This document shows positions 1-10,491 of a stretch of 64,000 bases of DNA, one piece after another. Each line of letters begins with the position of its first letter. The stretch's first letter is position 1. The stretch comes from Candidatus Eiseniibacteriota bacterium. GTDB taxonomy: Bacteria; Eisenbacteria; RBG-16-71-46; JABDJR01. Position numbers and translations under genes: made by a program. The DNA is taken from contig CAWANH010000028.1 of NCBI GenBank assembly GCA_963783375.1, forward strand, positions 1,632,001-1,696,000. The letters are read 5' to 3'. The notes under the pieces were generated by a model that had not been told where the DNA came from, made no database searches, and worked only from the letters and a program-made list of their open reading frames with translations.

Positions 1-1427
1 GCCTTCCCACCGGGGGCGCCGAGGTGAGGGATCTTCGCCGGATCGCCGGCTCCTACTACCTGACCACTTCGGACGGACTCCTGGTGGTGCCGGACGGAGG
101 GGGGTCGGCGGAACGGCTCCTGCCGCCCGGCCCCGCCCTCACGACCCCGGTGGGCGGTCTGGCCGTGGACGCCTCGGGGACGGTCTGGGCGGGGACCCAG
201 CAGGGCGAGATCGGGCTCATGAGCTTCGATGGAACCTCCTGGTCGCTCACCGGATCCGCGGACGGGCTCACCGACCGCTGGATCTGGAACATCCTTGCCG
301 TCCCCGACGACAACCTCTGGATCGGCCACTGCTGCTGCAACGAACTCCCGATGGGTTGTGGGACCGACCTTCGGGTGTCCGGAAGCCTCCGCACCGTGCC
401 GGACGTGGGCGACGTGTTCGCCTTCGCCCGGGACCCCTCCGGCCGGATCTGGGCCGGCACCGACGGATTCGGGGCGGTGGTCCTCGAGAACGCGGGCGGC
501 GACCAGTGGGTGCCCACCTTGAACCTCACGGTGGGAAACCTGGGCTCGAAGTTCGCATCGGACTTCGTGACCGCGGTGGCGGTGACCTCGGACGGGACCT
601 ACTTCGGGCACTTCGCCGGGGGCGTGGACTACTGGCGGCACGGGCCGAGTCTCGAGGGCGGAACCTGGACCCACTACTCCGCGCTCACCGGATCGCTCCT
701 GGACGACAACGTGCACACCGCGGTGGTCTCCGGGGACGACGTCTGGATCGGAACCACCACCGGAATCCACCGTTTCCGGAACGGCTCCCTCGTGAGCGCC
801 TGCGAGACCCGGGTGGCCGGGGATCCCAACGACGGTCCCCGGACGGTGCGGGCCATCGTCCCCGACCGGTTGGGCAATCTGTGGGTGGGAACGGAGAACG
901 GGCTCTTGTTCCTTCCCCGCGGGGGAACCTGCGACGTCAGCGGGGGACAGTTCATCCCCTATAACGAGAACAACTCGGCCCTCCCTTCGAGCCAGATCTT
1001 CTCCGGGGCGCTCGATCCCGTCGACGGCTCGGTCTGGTTCGGCACCGGCGGGACCGATCAGAGCAGCTCCGGGTTGGTCCGGATCGATCCCCTGACCTTC
1101 GTGGGGCGGGAGCCGCCGGCCGACCGCTACGTGCTCTACCCCAACCCTCTCGATCTCCGCTCGGTGAACGAGACGCGACGGGTCACCTTCGGCCTCCTGG
1201 TCGCCGGTCTGAACGTCCAACCCGCCTCGGGCGACGCGACTTCCCGGCCCGAGGTGTTCGACCTTTCCGGGGCCCGGGTAGGCCGCTTCGACGTCGACCT
1301 CCGGGACAATTCCTGGGTGTGGAACGGCAAGAATTCGAACGGCAACGTGGTGGCCCCGGGGATCTACCTGGTCCGCGCCCAGACCCCCGACGGTCCGGTG
1401 GTGCTCCGTCTGGGGGTCATCTGGTGA
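1..1427 (+). CDS. Beta-propeller (two-component regulator propeller-type repeats) protein with C-terminal FlgD-Ig/T9SS-like domain; 5' partial, PorZ-like architecture
   Basis: Repeated 'D..G.VW.GT..G' blades. C-terminus 'YVLYPNPL...VWNGKNSNGNVVAPGIYLVRAQ'. The frame is open upstream of the GTG at 24. Confidence 0.75.
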   Translation, partial: LPTGGAEVRDLRRIAGSYYLTTSDGLLVVPDGGGSAERLLPPGPALTTPVGGLAVDASGTVWAGTQQGEIGLMSFDGTSWSLTGSADGLTDRWIWNILAVPDDNLWIGHCCCNELPMGCGTDLRVSGSLRTVPDVGDVFAFARDPSGRIWAGTDGFGAVVLENAGGDQWVPTLNLTVGNLGSKFASDFVTAVAVTSDGTYFGHFAGGVDYWRHGPSLEGGTWTHYSALTGSLLDDNVHTAVVSGDDVWIGTTTGIHRFRNGSLVSACETRVAGDPNDGPRTVRAIVPDRLGNLWVGTENGLLFLPRGGTCDVSGGQFIPYNENNSALPSSQIFSGALDPVDGSVWFGTGGTDQSSSGLVRIDPLTFVGREPPADRYVLYPNPLDLRSVNETRRVTFGLLVAGLNVQPASGDATSRPEVFDLSGARVGRFDVDLRDNSWVWNGKNSNGNVVAPGIYLVRAQTPDGPVVLRLGVIW

Positions 1428-2878
1428 GCGAGACGCGAGTCCTGGTGGTAGGCGCGGGGAGTGCGGGGCGGATGGCGGTGGCCGCGATGCGCGCCCATCC
1501 CGATTCCGGTCTCCTCCCGGTGGGGTTCATCGACGACGATCCCGCCAAGCGGGGGACCCGGATCGAGGGGATCCCGGTCATCGGGGGGCGGGACGACATT
1601 CCGCGCGCGCTCGGTGAGAGCGGCGCCGACGAAATCCTGATCGCGCTTCCCTCGGTGCACGGCGGGGTGATCCGCCAGATCGTGGAAACGTGCCGGGCGC
1701 ACCGGGTGCGTTTCCGCATCGTTCCCGGGATCTGGGAGATCATCCGGGGAGACGTGAAGATCGAGCAGATCCGGAACACCGAGCCCGAGGACCTCCTGGG
1801 CCGGGAGACGGTGGAGGCGGACATGGGGCTGGTGGCTCCCGCCTACCGGGGAAAGCGGGTCCTGGTGACCGGGGCCGGTGGCTCGATCGGACGGGAGCTG
1901 GCCCGGCAGGTGATGGCCCTCGAGCCGCGTTCCCTGGTGCTGCTCGGCCGGGGAGAGAACAGCCTGTTCGAAACCGAGGTCGCGCTCCGCCGGGAAGTCG
2001 AGGGTCCAAAGCCGGAGCTGGCGCTGGTGAACCTCCGCGACGTTCCCGCGGTCCGGCGGGCCTTCGCCCGGGCGCGTCCCCAGGTCGTCCTCCACGCCGC
2101 CGCCCACAAGCACGTCACCTTCATGCAGCGCTATCCCGAAGAGGCGATCGTCAACAACATCCTGGCCACCCGGGACCTCATGGACGCGGCGGAGGGAATC
2201 GGGGCCGAGCGCTTCGTGATGCTGAGCACGGACAAGGCGGTGAACCCGCGGAGCGTGATGGGCGCCTCGAAGCGGGTGGCCGAACTCCTCATCTCCGAGC
2301 GCACCACCCGGGGATCGAACACCCGGTTCATGGCCGTCCGGTTCGGAAACGTCCTGGGGAGCCGGGGCTCGGTGGTGCCGCTCTTCCTCCACCAGATCGC
2401 CGCCGGCGGTCCGGTCACCATCTCCGATCCCGGGGCCGCCCGCTACTTCATGACCGTGAAGGAAGCGGCGATGCTGGTCCTGGAAGCGGGGGCGTTGGGG
2501 GAGGGCGGCGAGGTCTTCATCCTGGACATGGGGGAGCAGATCCCGATCCTGGAGCTGGCCCGGGACCTCATCATCCTCCAGGGGCTTCGCCCCGACGACG
2601 ACGTGGCGCTCAAGATCATCGGGCTCGCCCCCGGAGAGAAGCTCCGCGAGGAGCTGGTGCACGACTTCGAGGAACTCGCTCCCACCCGGGTGCCCAAGAT
2701 CCGCGCGGCGAAGCGGAAGGCCGGAGAGCCCCCGGTGGTGGAGCCGGCGCTGAAACGCCTGGAGGCCCTGGCCGGGACCGCCGACCGCGCGGGGATCCTG
2801 GCCGCGCTGGAGGCGCTGCTTCCCGAGGCCCGCCTCACCGGGGCGGAGGAGACCCCGCCCCGATCCGACGGGGCCTAG
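1424..2878 (+). CDS. CapD/PglF-like nucleoside-diphosphate-sugar 4,6-dehydratase (polysaccharide biosynthesis protein)
   Basis: GAGSAG domain, TGAGGSIG Rossmann motif, HAAAHKHV, STDKAVNP, VRFGNVLGSRGSV, GEKLREEL. GTG start overlaps the upstream TGA (GTGA). Confidence 0.92.
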   Translation: MSETRVLVVGAGSAGRMAVAAMRAHPDSGLLPVGFIDDDPAKRGTRIEGIPVIGGRDDIPRALGESGADEILIALPSVHGGVIRQIVETCRAHRVRFRIVPGIWEIIRGDVKIEQIRNTEPEDLLGRETVEADMGLVAPAYRGKRVLVTGAGGSIGRELARQVMALEPRSLVLLGRGENSLFETEVALRREVEGPKPELALVNLRDVPAVRRAFARARPQVVLHAAAHKHVTFMQRYPEEAIVNNILATRDLMDAAEGIGAERFVMLSTDKAVNPRSVMGASKRVAELLISERTTRGSNTRFMAVRFGNVLGSRGSVVPLFLHQIAAGGPVTISDPGAARYFMTVKEAAMLVLEAGALGEGGEVFILDMGEQIPILELARDLIILQGLRPDDDVALKIIGLAPGEKLREELVHDFEELAPTRVPKIRAAKRKAGEPPVVEPALKRLEALAGTADRAGILAALEALLPEARLTGAEETPPRSDGA

Positions 2879-2880
2879 CG

Positions 2881-3867
2881 GTGCGCGTCCGCCTGGTCGA
2901 CCGACCCCCCGAAGCGTGGGACGCCCTGTGGCGGGCCGACCCCCGCGCCACGCTCTTTCAGCACTCCCGCTGGATGGAGGCGATCACCCGCGGGTACCCG
3001 TCCTACCGGCCGCTCTGGCTCACCGCGGAATCCGAGGGCCGGGTCGCGGGCGTGCTTCCCCTGGTGCGACACCGGAAGTGGGGCCTGGACCAGTATCTCT
3101 CCATGCCCTTCGGCACCCACGGCGGTCCCTTGGTGGATCCCGCCGCGCCGGGTCCGGTCGTCGCCGCCCTGGCCGGGGGATTCCGGAAGCTCGGCCTCGG
3201 CCTGCGGGTGATCCGCTTCGAGATGTCCGTGTTCGATCCCTCCGAGGCCGTCCGTTCCGCCATGGCCGGCCCGCTCGGCGCCTGGTTCCAGGACTTCCGG
3301 ACCCACCGGATCGATCTCACCGTGGGCTTCGACGAACTCTGGAGCCGGCGCTATCACAAGAACACCCGGAACTGCGTGCGGATGGCGGAGCGGGCCGGGG
3401 TCACGGTGAGGGAGGAACGGGGGGCGGAGGCGGTGGAGATCCTCTGTCGCTTCTATGCCGCCCAGGCCGAGGGCTGGGAGGGGATCCATCCCTACCCCCG
3501 CGAAGCGGTGGAGCGGATCGTCGGGGTTCTGGGCGCCGACGCGCGCATCTACATGGCCCGGAACGCGGAAGGGGAGCCCTTGGGCGCGGTGCTGAACCTG
3601 GAGCACGACGGTCGCGACGTTCATCCCTGGATGAGCGGGACGGTCCCCGCGGCCCGGCCGGTGCGGGCATCCCATCTTCTCTACAACCACGCGCTCCGCG
3701 ACGCCTGCGACCGGGGGCTCACGAGCTGGGACTTCGGCGGAAGCGGCGGCAACGAGAGGATCGAGTTCTTCAAGGCCTCCTTCGGGGCCCGGCCCGCCCC
3801 GGTGCTCCGCTGCTTCCGCGCGGCCGGCTGGTATCGCCGTCTTCGAAAGGGGCCGGCGTGGGACTGA
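2881..3867 (+). CDS. GNAT-fold FemAB/XrtA-associated-like acyl/aminoacyl transferase
   Basis: 'ATLFQHSRW', 'SMPFGTHGGPL', 'RNCVRMAERAGV', 'WDFGGS....IEFFKASFGA'. GTG lies 2 nt after the previous stop. Confidence 0.8.
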   Translation: MRVRLVDRPPEAWDALWRADPRATLFQHSRWMEAITRGYPSYRPLWLTAESEGRVAGVLPLVRHRKWGLDQYLSMPFGTHGGPLVDPAAPGPVVAALAGGFRKLGLGLRVIRFEMSVFDPSEAVRSAMAGPLGAWFQDFRTHRIDLTVGFDELWSRRYHKNTRNCVRMAERAGVTVREERGAEAVEILCRFYAAQAEGWEGIHPYPREAVERIVGVLGADARIYMARNAEGEPLGAVLNLEHDGRDVHPWMSGTVPAARPVRASHLLYNHALRDACDRGLTSWDFGGSGGNERIEFFKASFGARPAPVLRCFRAAGWYRRLRKGPAWD

Positions 3868-5447
3868 GCCCGCGCCTCCACCCGCCGCTCCTGGCCCTGG
3901 CCGCGCTCCTGGTGGCCATGGCCCTCCTCGCCCCGTACCACACCCGGCCCTTCGTCCGGGCGGACGGGGTCACGGTGCCCCTTCTGGCCCCCGACCGCCT
4001 GAGCCCCCACTCCGACGTCTGGGACTACCTCCAGCTCGGCCGCCGGATCCAGCAGGGACACGGGCTGACCAGCCGCTTCACCTACGTGCCGTTCCTTCCC
4101 GAGTCGGTGCGCGGGACCGCGCCTCCCCAGGCGTTCCCGCTCTACTGGCGTCCCCCGGGGTTCCCGGTCCTGGTGGCCGCGGCGTTCACCCTGGCCGGGG
4201 AACCGGATCCGGAAGCCTTCCTGGCCGTCCAGGCCCTGTCCGTCCTGCTGCTGGTCCTGGCCGCGTACTCGCTCGGCCGCCGGGCGCTCACCCCGGGGTG
4301 GGCGGCGATGGCCGCGCTATGGACGCTCTTCTCCCCGGTGGTCCTGGGCGCGGAAGCCCCCATGGTCGCCACCACGTTCTTCGCCGCCTGGATCACCCTG
4401 ACCCTGACCGCCCTCCTCGCCGCCGAGCGCCCCCGGGCCCAGCTCGGGGCGGGGATCCTCCTCGGCCTGGCCGGGCTTCTCCGGCTCGAGACCTGGATCC
4501 TCGCCCCCGGCCTGGTCCTGGCCTTCGCCCTGGCCCGCCGGGAGAACCGGATCGGCGGCCTCGCCCGGGTTCTGGGCGCCGCGGCGGTGGTGGCGGCGGT
4601 GTGGCCGATCCGCCTCTACCATCTCACCGGAAACCCCTTCTACAACGCGTCGTCCCTCCTCTACCACGCCACCGCCGCCTTCCCCTCCTGGACCGCATCC
4701 CGTACCCTCGCGGTCCGTGAGATGGAACCCTTCGGCTTCGTGCTCCAGAACTTCGGGAACGTGGCGATGAAGAGCGCGCTCGACCTGGCCCGCTTCGCCC
4801 GCGATCTGGTCTTCCTGCCCTCGCTCTTCCTCATGCCCTTCTGGGCGGTGGGGATCCTCCGTCCGCCGAAGGAGCGACGGGGCCGGGCGCTGGTTATCGG
4901 CGCGGCGCTGGCGGGAGCGGCGCTCCTCCTCGCCCTGGCCCCGATGGAGTACAGCCGGCGCTTTCTGGCCCCGGCGGTCCCGGTTCTGGCGGTGGTCGCG
5001 GCGGGGGTCATGGCCCGGCTCCCGCGGTACCGGGGCTGGTCGGCGGCGGTGGCCACCGGGATCGGGGCGGCGACCCTGATCGTCGCGCTGGCCGGGCGGA
5101 CGGCCGACGGCCGGACCGGGGCCGCGGCCCGCGAGCTGGATCGGGCGCTCGCCCGTCCCGAGGCCTCGGCGCTCGCACACGGAGCGGTGGCTCTCTCCGA
5201 CGCCCCCACCCTCTACGCCTGGATATGGGACCGCCCCGTGGTGGGAGCCCCGTTGGCCGCCGATCTCCCCGCGGTCCGGAAGCTGCTCGGGGATCGGGTC
5301 GAGGGGGTCTTCACCTGCGGGCTGGGGGCCGACGGATTCGTCGAGGAGGACCTGCTCCGGACCTACGCCGCCGCCGGAGGCGTGGTGGTGGGCGCGCCCT
5401 GCCCCGCGCTGGTGCGCTTCGCTCCCGCGGGGGGGCCGGAGCGATGA
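3858..5447 (+). CDS. GT-C fold (ArnT/PMT-like) integral membrane glycosyltransferase
   Basis: Many TM segments, 'D..DY.QLGR', 'RPPGFP', 'GLAGLLRLE', 'TGNPFY'. Overlaps the preceding gene. Confidence 0.65.
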   Translation: MGLSPRLHPPLLALAALLVAMALLAPYHTRPFVRADGVTVPLLAPDRLSPHSDVWDYLQLGRRIQQGHGLTSRFTYVPFLPESVRGTAPPQAFPLYWRPPGFPVLVAAAFTLAGEPDPEAFLAVQALSVLLLVLAAYSLGRRALTPGWAAMAALWTLFSPVVLGAEAPMVATTFFAAWITLTLTALLAAERPRAQLGAGILLGLAGLLRLETWILAPGLVLAFALARRENRIGGLARVLGAAAVVAAVWPIRLYHLTGNPFYNASSLLYHATAAFPSWTASRTLAVREMEPFGFVLQNFGNVAMKSALDLARFARDLVFLPSLFLMPFWAVGILRPPKERRGRALVIGAALAGAALLLALAPMEYSRRFLAPAVPVLAVVAAGVMARLPRYRGWSAAVATGIGAATLIVALAGRTADGRTGAAARELDRALARPEASALAHGAVALSDAPTLYAWIWDRPVVGAPLAADLPAVRKLLGDRVEGVFTCGLGADGFVEEDLLRTYAAAGGVVVGAPCPALVRFAPAGGPER

Positions 5448-6733
5448 GCGCGCGGGTTCGGTTGTTGCGGTTTCCGCCGCCGTACCGGGCCGCGGTCACG
5501 ATCTCCAACGATCTCGATGATCTTCTGGAGCCCCGCGGCTGGTGGGAGTTCCTCCGATTCCTCAACACCGGCGAGACCACCCGGTTCGGCGAGGGCCTGG
5601 ATCTCGAGATCGGGGACTCGTTCTGGTTCTGGAGCGACCACTACGACGAGCAGCCCGGGGCGTGGTTCGATCACCTCGGCGCCGAGCCCTCACCCTTCGC
5701 CCCCTACTTCGCCGCCCTCGGCCGCTCCGGCCATCTCGACACCCTCCATAGCTACGGAAATTTCAGCCGCCACGGGGGATTCAACCGCGAGCACGCGCGG
5801 ATCGCCGCCGGGGTGCTGGCCGAGGAGGGATTTGTCCCTCCGGTATGGGTGAACCACGGGGGAGCCCACGATTTCCAGAACCTCTGGACGGGCTGCGGCG
5901 ACGTGCCGGAAAACCCCGAAGCGGAGGGAGCGCCCGCGCCGGAGTATCACCTCGACCTCACCTGGCCCCTGGGGTTTCGCTACGCCTGGATCGGGGAGCT
6001 CACCGCGGTGCCGGGGCAGGACCGGCGGTTGGGCGCCGGGGATTGGCTGGGATCGGATCCGGCGCTCCGGCGGGAGGCGACCGGCTACTGGCTTCGCTCC
6101 GCGGTGCGCCGGCTCGCCTACCGAGGCCTTCTCGAGCGCGCGCCGAACTATCCCACGCTTCGGAACCGCCTGATCCGCCCGCGGGTGATGCGGGACGGAA
6201 GGACGGTGGCCACCTTCGTCCGCTACGGGGATTTCGGCCGGGCCACCTTCGCCGATCTGGCCTCGATCCTCTCACCGGGAATCCTCGACGCGATGGAGCG
6301 CTCGGGGGGGATCTCGATCGTCTTCACCCACTGGTGCAAGCACCCGGGGCGCCGCTTCGAGGATCTCGACCCCGGCGGGCTGGCCGCGCTTCGCGATCTC
6401 GGGCGGCGGGCCCGGGAGAAGCGGCTCTGGGTGATCGCCGCCGCGAGGCTCCTCCGCTACGCCGAGGCCCACCGGGCGGTGCGCTTCACCGCCGGAACCC
6501 AGGACGGCGTCACGATCGTCCGGCTCGCCGCCGACCCGCTTCCCGACGGGAGGGTTCTCACCGCCGGGGACCTGGCCGGGTTGAGCTTCAGCGTCCCCGA
6601 TCCCGCGCGGGTAAAGTTCCTTTTCGCCGATCGTCCGGTGGCGGTGGAGCCGATCTCCGGCGAGCCGGGGGCGGTATGGGTTCCGCTCACGCCGCTCGGG
6701 TTCCCCGACCCGCCGCGGGGGGCGCGCGGATGA
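5444..6733 (+). CDS. Polysaccharide deacetylase-like (NodB-related) protein
   Basis: 'AAVTISNDLD', 'DTLHSYGNF', 'VWVNHG', 'IVFTHW'. ATGA coupling with the upstream gene. Confidence 0.65.
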   Translation: MSARVRLLRFPPPYRAAVTISNDLDDLLEPRGWWEFLRFLNTGETTRFGEGLDLEIGDSFWFWSDHYDEQPGAWFDHLGAEPSPFAPYFAALGRSGHLDTLHSYGNFSRHGGFNREHARIAAGVLAEEGFVPPVWVNHGGAHDFQNLWTGCGDVPENPEAEGAPAPEYHLDLTWPLGFRYAWIGELTAVPGQDRRLGAGDWLGSDPALRREATGYWLRSAVRRLAYRGLLERAPNYPTLRNRLIRPRVMRDGRTVATFVRYGDFGRATFADLASILSPGILDAMERSGGISIVFTHWCKHPGRRFEDLDPGGLAALRDLGRRAREKRLWVIAAARLLRYAEAHRAVRFTAGTQDGVTIVRLAADPLPDGRVLTAGDLAGLSFSVPDPARVKFLFADRPVAVEPISGEPGAVWVPLTPLGFPDPPRGARG

Positions 6734-7737
6734 GCGGATGGACGGTGCGCGAGGCCACCGCGGCGGAGCGCGCGGAGCTGGGCCGGACCGAAGAGCGGCT
6801 CTTTCCCGCCGGGGCAGCCCCCGACGCGGCGTGGCTCCTGGACCGGAACCCCGCCGGAGCGGGGGCGGTGTTCGTGGCGGTGGGTCCGCACGGGGAGCTG
6901 GGCGGCACCCGCTCGCTCTTCCCCTGGCGGTTTCAGGTCGACGGGCGCGAGGTCACGGTGGGACAGGCCGGGCGCGCCTGGACCGCTCCCGAGTTCCGCG
7001 GCCGGGGGGTGAGCGTCACCATCGGCCGGCGGCTCCGCGAGGCGGCGGGGGAGCGCGGGCTTCCGTTTCTCTTTTCGTTTCCCAGCGCGGCGGCGATTCC
7101 CGGCCATCGCCGGCTCGGTCACGATGTGGCGCCGGTCTTTCGCCGCCGCCAGGCGATCCTGAGCCCCCGCGCGGTGGTCGGCGCCCTCCCCCGCGTTCTC
7201 GATCTCCCGGTCGCCGCGGGGCGGAAGCTCCTGGTCCGCCGCGGCGGGGGAAGCTGGGAGCGGACGGCCGATCTCGCCGGCGATGCCGATCGCCTGTGGC
7301 CCGATCTGGCCGGTGAACCGGGGATCCGCGGGGTGCGGGACGCGGTCTTCACCGCGTGGCGCTATTCCGCCGACTCCGGGCGCGCCTACGAGTTCTGGCG
7401 GTTCCCCGCCGGGGGCGCGGCCCGGCTTCTGGCCGTGGTGCGCTTCATCCGGCGGAGGGCGCGGGTGGTGGACCTCTGGGGCCGGTGCGACCGGTCCGAG
7501 GCCCCGGCCGCGGTGGCCGCTCTGGTGGAGGCCCTGGCCCGGGAGGGCGCGTGGCTGGTGGACTGGTCGGAGCCGCTCCACGGGTTCTGGGCGGGGGTGG
7601 GGCCGAGGGCGGGGTTTCTCCCCCGGCGCCAGGAAACCTGGATGGCCCGCTGGATCGGGGCCTCGGTGGGCGATCGGAGCCCGTTCGGCTCGCCGCGGGC
7701 GTTCGCGCTCACCGAAGGGGATACCGACTATGCCTGA
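6730..7737 (+). CDS. GNAT family N-acetyltransferase
   Basis: Acetyl-CoA motif 'TAPEFRGRGV', 'FSFPSAAAIPGH', C-terminal 'LTEGDTD'. ATGA coupling. Confidence 0.75.
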   Translation: MSGWTVREATAAERAELGRTEERLFPAGAAPDAAWLLDRNPAGAGAVFVAVGPHGELGGTRSLFPWRFQVDGREVTVGQAGRAWTAPEFRGRGVSVTIGRRLREAAGERGLPFLFSFPSAAAIPGHRRLGHDVAPVFRRRQAILSPRAVVGALPRVLDLPVAAGRKLLVRRGGGSWERTADLAGDADRLWPDLAGEPGIRGVRDAVFTAWRYSADSGRAYEFWRFPAGGAARLLAVVRFIRRRARVVDLWGRCDRSEAPAAVAALVEALAREGAWLVDWSEPLHGFWAGVGPRAGFLPRRQETWMARWIGASVGDRSPFGSPRAFALTEGDTDYA

Positions 7738-7764
7738 GCGATTCGGCCCGGGGGGCGCACGACG

Positions 7765-9321
7765 GTGAGCCGCATCCGCACCAACACCATCTCCCTGGGA
7801 AGTTCCTTCTTCATCACCGCGTTTCTGGCCTTCGTCCAGGTCAAGCTCATCACCAACTACCTGAGCCAGACCGAGGTCGGGGTGTGGTCGGCGGTGACCG
7901 CGGTGGGGGCGCTCCTCACCGCGTTCTCGGAGCTGGGGATGCCCCAGGTCCTGGTTCGCTACGGGGCCAAGTACGACGTCGAGCGCCGGCTCGCCCGCCT
8001 GCGGCGGCTCCACAAGTTCACTCTCTCCGTCTACCTGGGAGCGATGGCGGTGGTGGTCGGGGTGCTGATCGCGGCCGGGCCGGTGGTGGCTCGTCTCCTG
8101 GGCGGATCCGAGGTGGACCGCTGGCTGCTCGTACTCGGCTACTTCGCCTGGGCCTCGGGGACGCTCAGGGCGCTCAACAACGCCTCGTTCCGCGGGCTTC
8201 GCCGGATGCCGGTCATGGCCGCCCTCGAGATCGCGTTCTCGTTCATGGTCACCCTCTCGTACTTCCTCATGCGGCGGCACCTCTCGGTGCACCTGGCCCT
8301 GGTGGCGTTCCTGGCCGCCAGCGTCCTGGTGGGGTTGGCCGGCCACGGGCTGTTGGTCCGGCTCCTGGCCACGCTACGGGGGGAGGAGAGCGCCGCCGGC
8401 GAGGCCTCGCCGATCCTTCCCGAGATCCGGCGGTTCTGGGGCGGCGCGGCGGCGGCGGGGGTGCTCCTCATCTTCATCGAACAGCTGGACAAGACCCTGA
8501 TCGCGGGGCTGGTGTCCTTCGCCGCCCTGGCCATCTTCCACGTGGCGGCGCGGCTCGCCCTCTTCGCGCGGCGGCTCCTCTACGTTCCCTTCCAGGTCAT
8601 GTATCCCGAGATCACCCACAAGTGGGAGGGAACCCGCCGTGATGAGCTTCCGGCGGACATGGAGCTCTTCATCAAGCTCGAGCTGGGCCTGGGGCTCATG
8701 CTCATGGTGTTTCTCACCGTGTTCGCCCGGCCGCTCCTGCTCCTGGTGAGCACCCCGGAGTTCCTGCCCGGGGCCCCGGTGCTCTGGGTCTTCACCGGGG
8801 TGGTGCCGTTCCTGTGCCTCTACCAGCCGCTGGTGCTGTTTCTCCGGGCCATCGGAAACGTGTGGTACGCCTTCGCCGCCGACTGCTCCTGGCTGGTGAT
8901 CTACCTCACCCTGGGTTCGCTCCTGGTCCTGCCCCTGGGGCTCCCGGGTTTCGTGGCCGGGCAGATCGTGGCCTCGGCGGTGGTGCTCACCTACGCCCTG
9001 ACCATCTTCCGGCGCCTCGGTCTTCCGCGCCCCCCGGTCCCGTTCTTCCTCAAGCGGCTGGCCCTGGCCGCAGTGGTGTGGGGGGGCTCGGTGGCCGCGG
9101 GCTCCCGGCTGCCCGCGCTGCCCTGGTGGGAGCTCGGGGTCCTGGCCGCCGCGCTGGCGGTGGCGGGGAACTTTCTCCTGGTCCGTGGCGGTTTTCTCAC
9201 CCGCCGCGAGGAGCAGCGCGCGGTGATCATGCTGGCCGGAAGCGGGCCGGCGGGGCGGGTGGCGCAGTTCCTCCTGGCCTGGCCGAGGGGTGGGGTGCGT
9301 GCGCTCTCGCGGGAGGGGTAG
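7765..9321 (+). CDS. Wzx-type oligosaccharide flippase
   Basis: About 12-14 TM helices, 'YLSQTEVGVW', 'SELGMPQVLVRY', 'QLDKTLIAGL'. Lies in a glycan operon. Confidence 0.85.
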   Translation: MSRIRTNTISLGSSFFITAFLAFVQVKLITNYLSQTEVGVWSAVTAVGALLTAFSELGMPQVLVRYGAKYDVERRLARLRRLHKFTLSVYLGAMAVVVGVLIAAGPVVARLLGGSEVDRWLLVLGYFAWASGTLRALNNASFRGLRRMPVMAALEIAFSFMVTLSYFLMRRHLSVHLALVAFLAASVLVGLAGHGLLVRLLATLRGEESAAGEASPILPEIRRFWGGAAAAGVLLIFIEQLDKTLIAGLVSFAALAIFHVAARLALFARRLLYVPFQVMYPEITHKWEGTRRDELPADMELFIKLELGLGLMLMVFLTVFARPLLLLVSTPEFLPGAPVLWVFTGVVPFLCLYQPLVLFLRAIGNVWYAFAADCSWLVIYLTLGSLLVLPLGLPGFVAGQIVASAVVLTYALTIFRRLGLPRPPVPFFLKRLALAAVVWGGSVAAGSRLPALPWWELGVLAAALAVAGNFLLVRGGFLTRREEQRAVIMLAGSGPAGRVAQFLLAWPRGGVRALSREG

Positions 9322-9397
9322 CCTTGACGACCGCCTCCCTTGTTCAGGTCACCGCCGCCCTCTAGACTTGTAAGGTTTGGAGACAAGGAGCGCCGGT

Positions 9398-10491
9398 TTG
9401 AAGGGATACGACACCATCACGGATTCCCCGCGGGGCCGGGCGCCGGGCCGCGTGGCGCGCGGCCCGGGGGGCGCCCTCCGGATCTGGGCCGGGCCGGCTC
9501 TGGCCGCCGCCGTTCTTTTCGGGGCGGTGGCGCTCGCCGGTTGCGGAGGCCGGGGAACCGCTCTGGCCCCGGCTGCTCCACCGGCGATCGGGTGCCCACC
9601 GCGGTCCGGGCCGCGGTCGAGCGGGCGGCCGGGGACTTCTACGATCGGGCCCGCCGGGGGGAGTGGCACGCGGTTTACGAGAACGTGGCTCCGACGGTTC
9701 GGACCGGCACCACCGAGGACCGGTTCACCACCCCGCTGGCCCGGGTGGCCGAGAGGAACGGCTATCCATCCGAACTTCACACCGAATCCCTCCGCGTGGT
9801 GAAGTTCGGCGACGGTTTCCCCTATACGCCCCACGTCTCCTGCCCCACGCCGGGGGAGGAGGATCCCACCACCCTCCTCCTCACCCAGTTTCCGGTCCAG
9901 GCATCCCTGGTGCAGACCGGGATGCAGGGGGGAGAGCGCTTCTACTACTCCACCCTCTGGTTCCGGGTGGATGGAGGCTGGAAGCTCGCCACCTTCTTCA
10001 CCAAGCCGGCCACCATCGCCGGCCGGGATTGGCGGGACTACGACCAGGAGGCCGGGGCCCAGAAGCTGGCCCAGAACCTCCGGAACGCCGCGCTCCTCTA
10101 CAACGTGGCCATCGACCTGTCCGTTCCCGCCGCCTGGGTCAAGCCCGGAGCGGTGTCGGAGCTCCAGCGCCGGCAGCGCCGGATCTCGGTGGAGGGTCTT
10201 CCGTCGGGTCGGATCATCCCCTGGATCGCTCCACCCGACACCTTCCTCGTCCGCAGCGTGGGCTACACCATTCAGCCCTCGGGATTGGGGCTCATCGTGC
10301 AGTATCCGGTTCGCGCGTCGATCGCCGACACCACCGCCCAGGCCGCCTACGCGGACCGGATGGTGGCCTACGTGCGGCGGATGTTTCCGGAATTCAAGGC
10401 GGAGTTCCGGACGATCACCCTGCTGGGCTACGAGCCGAAGGACGAGAGCTTGACCTGGAGCCGCACCCAGCCCCTGGTGGAGTCGCGGTGA
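9398..10491 (+). CDS. Hypothetical lipoprotein (apparent frameshift near 9560-9590)
   Basis: AAGGAG + TTG at 9398 gives a signal peptide with LAGC lipobox. The globular body continues in the 9340..10491 frame, whose stop overlaps the next GTG. Confidence 0.55.

Noticed and set aside
1690-10487. Long N-terminal extensions given by the ORF track (1690, 2916, 5845, 9663)
   Set aside because: They overlap upstream genes. Real starts coincide with ATGA/GTGA couplings.
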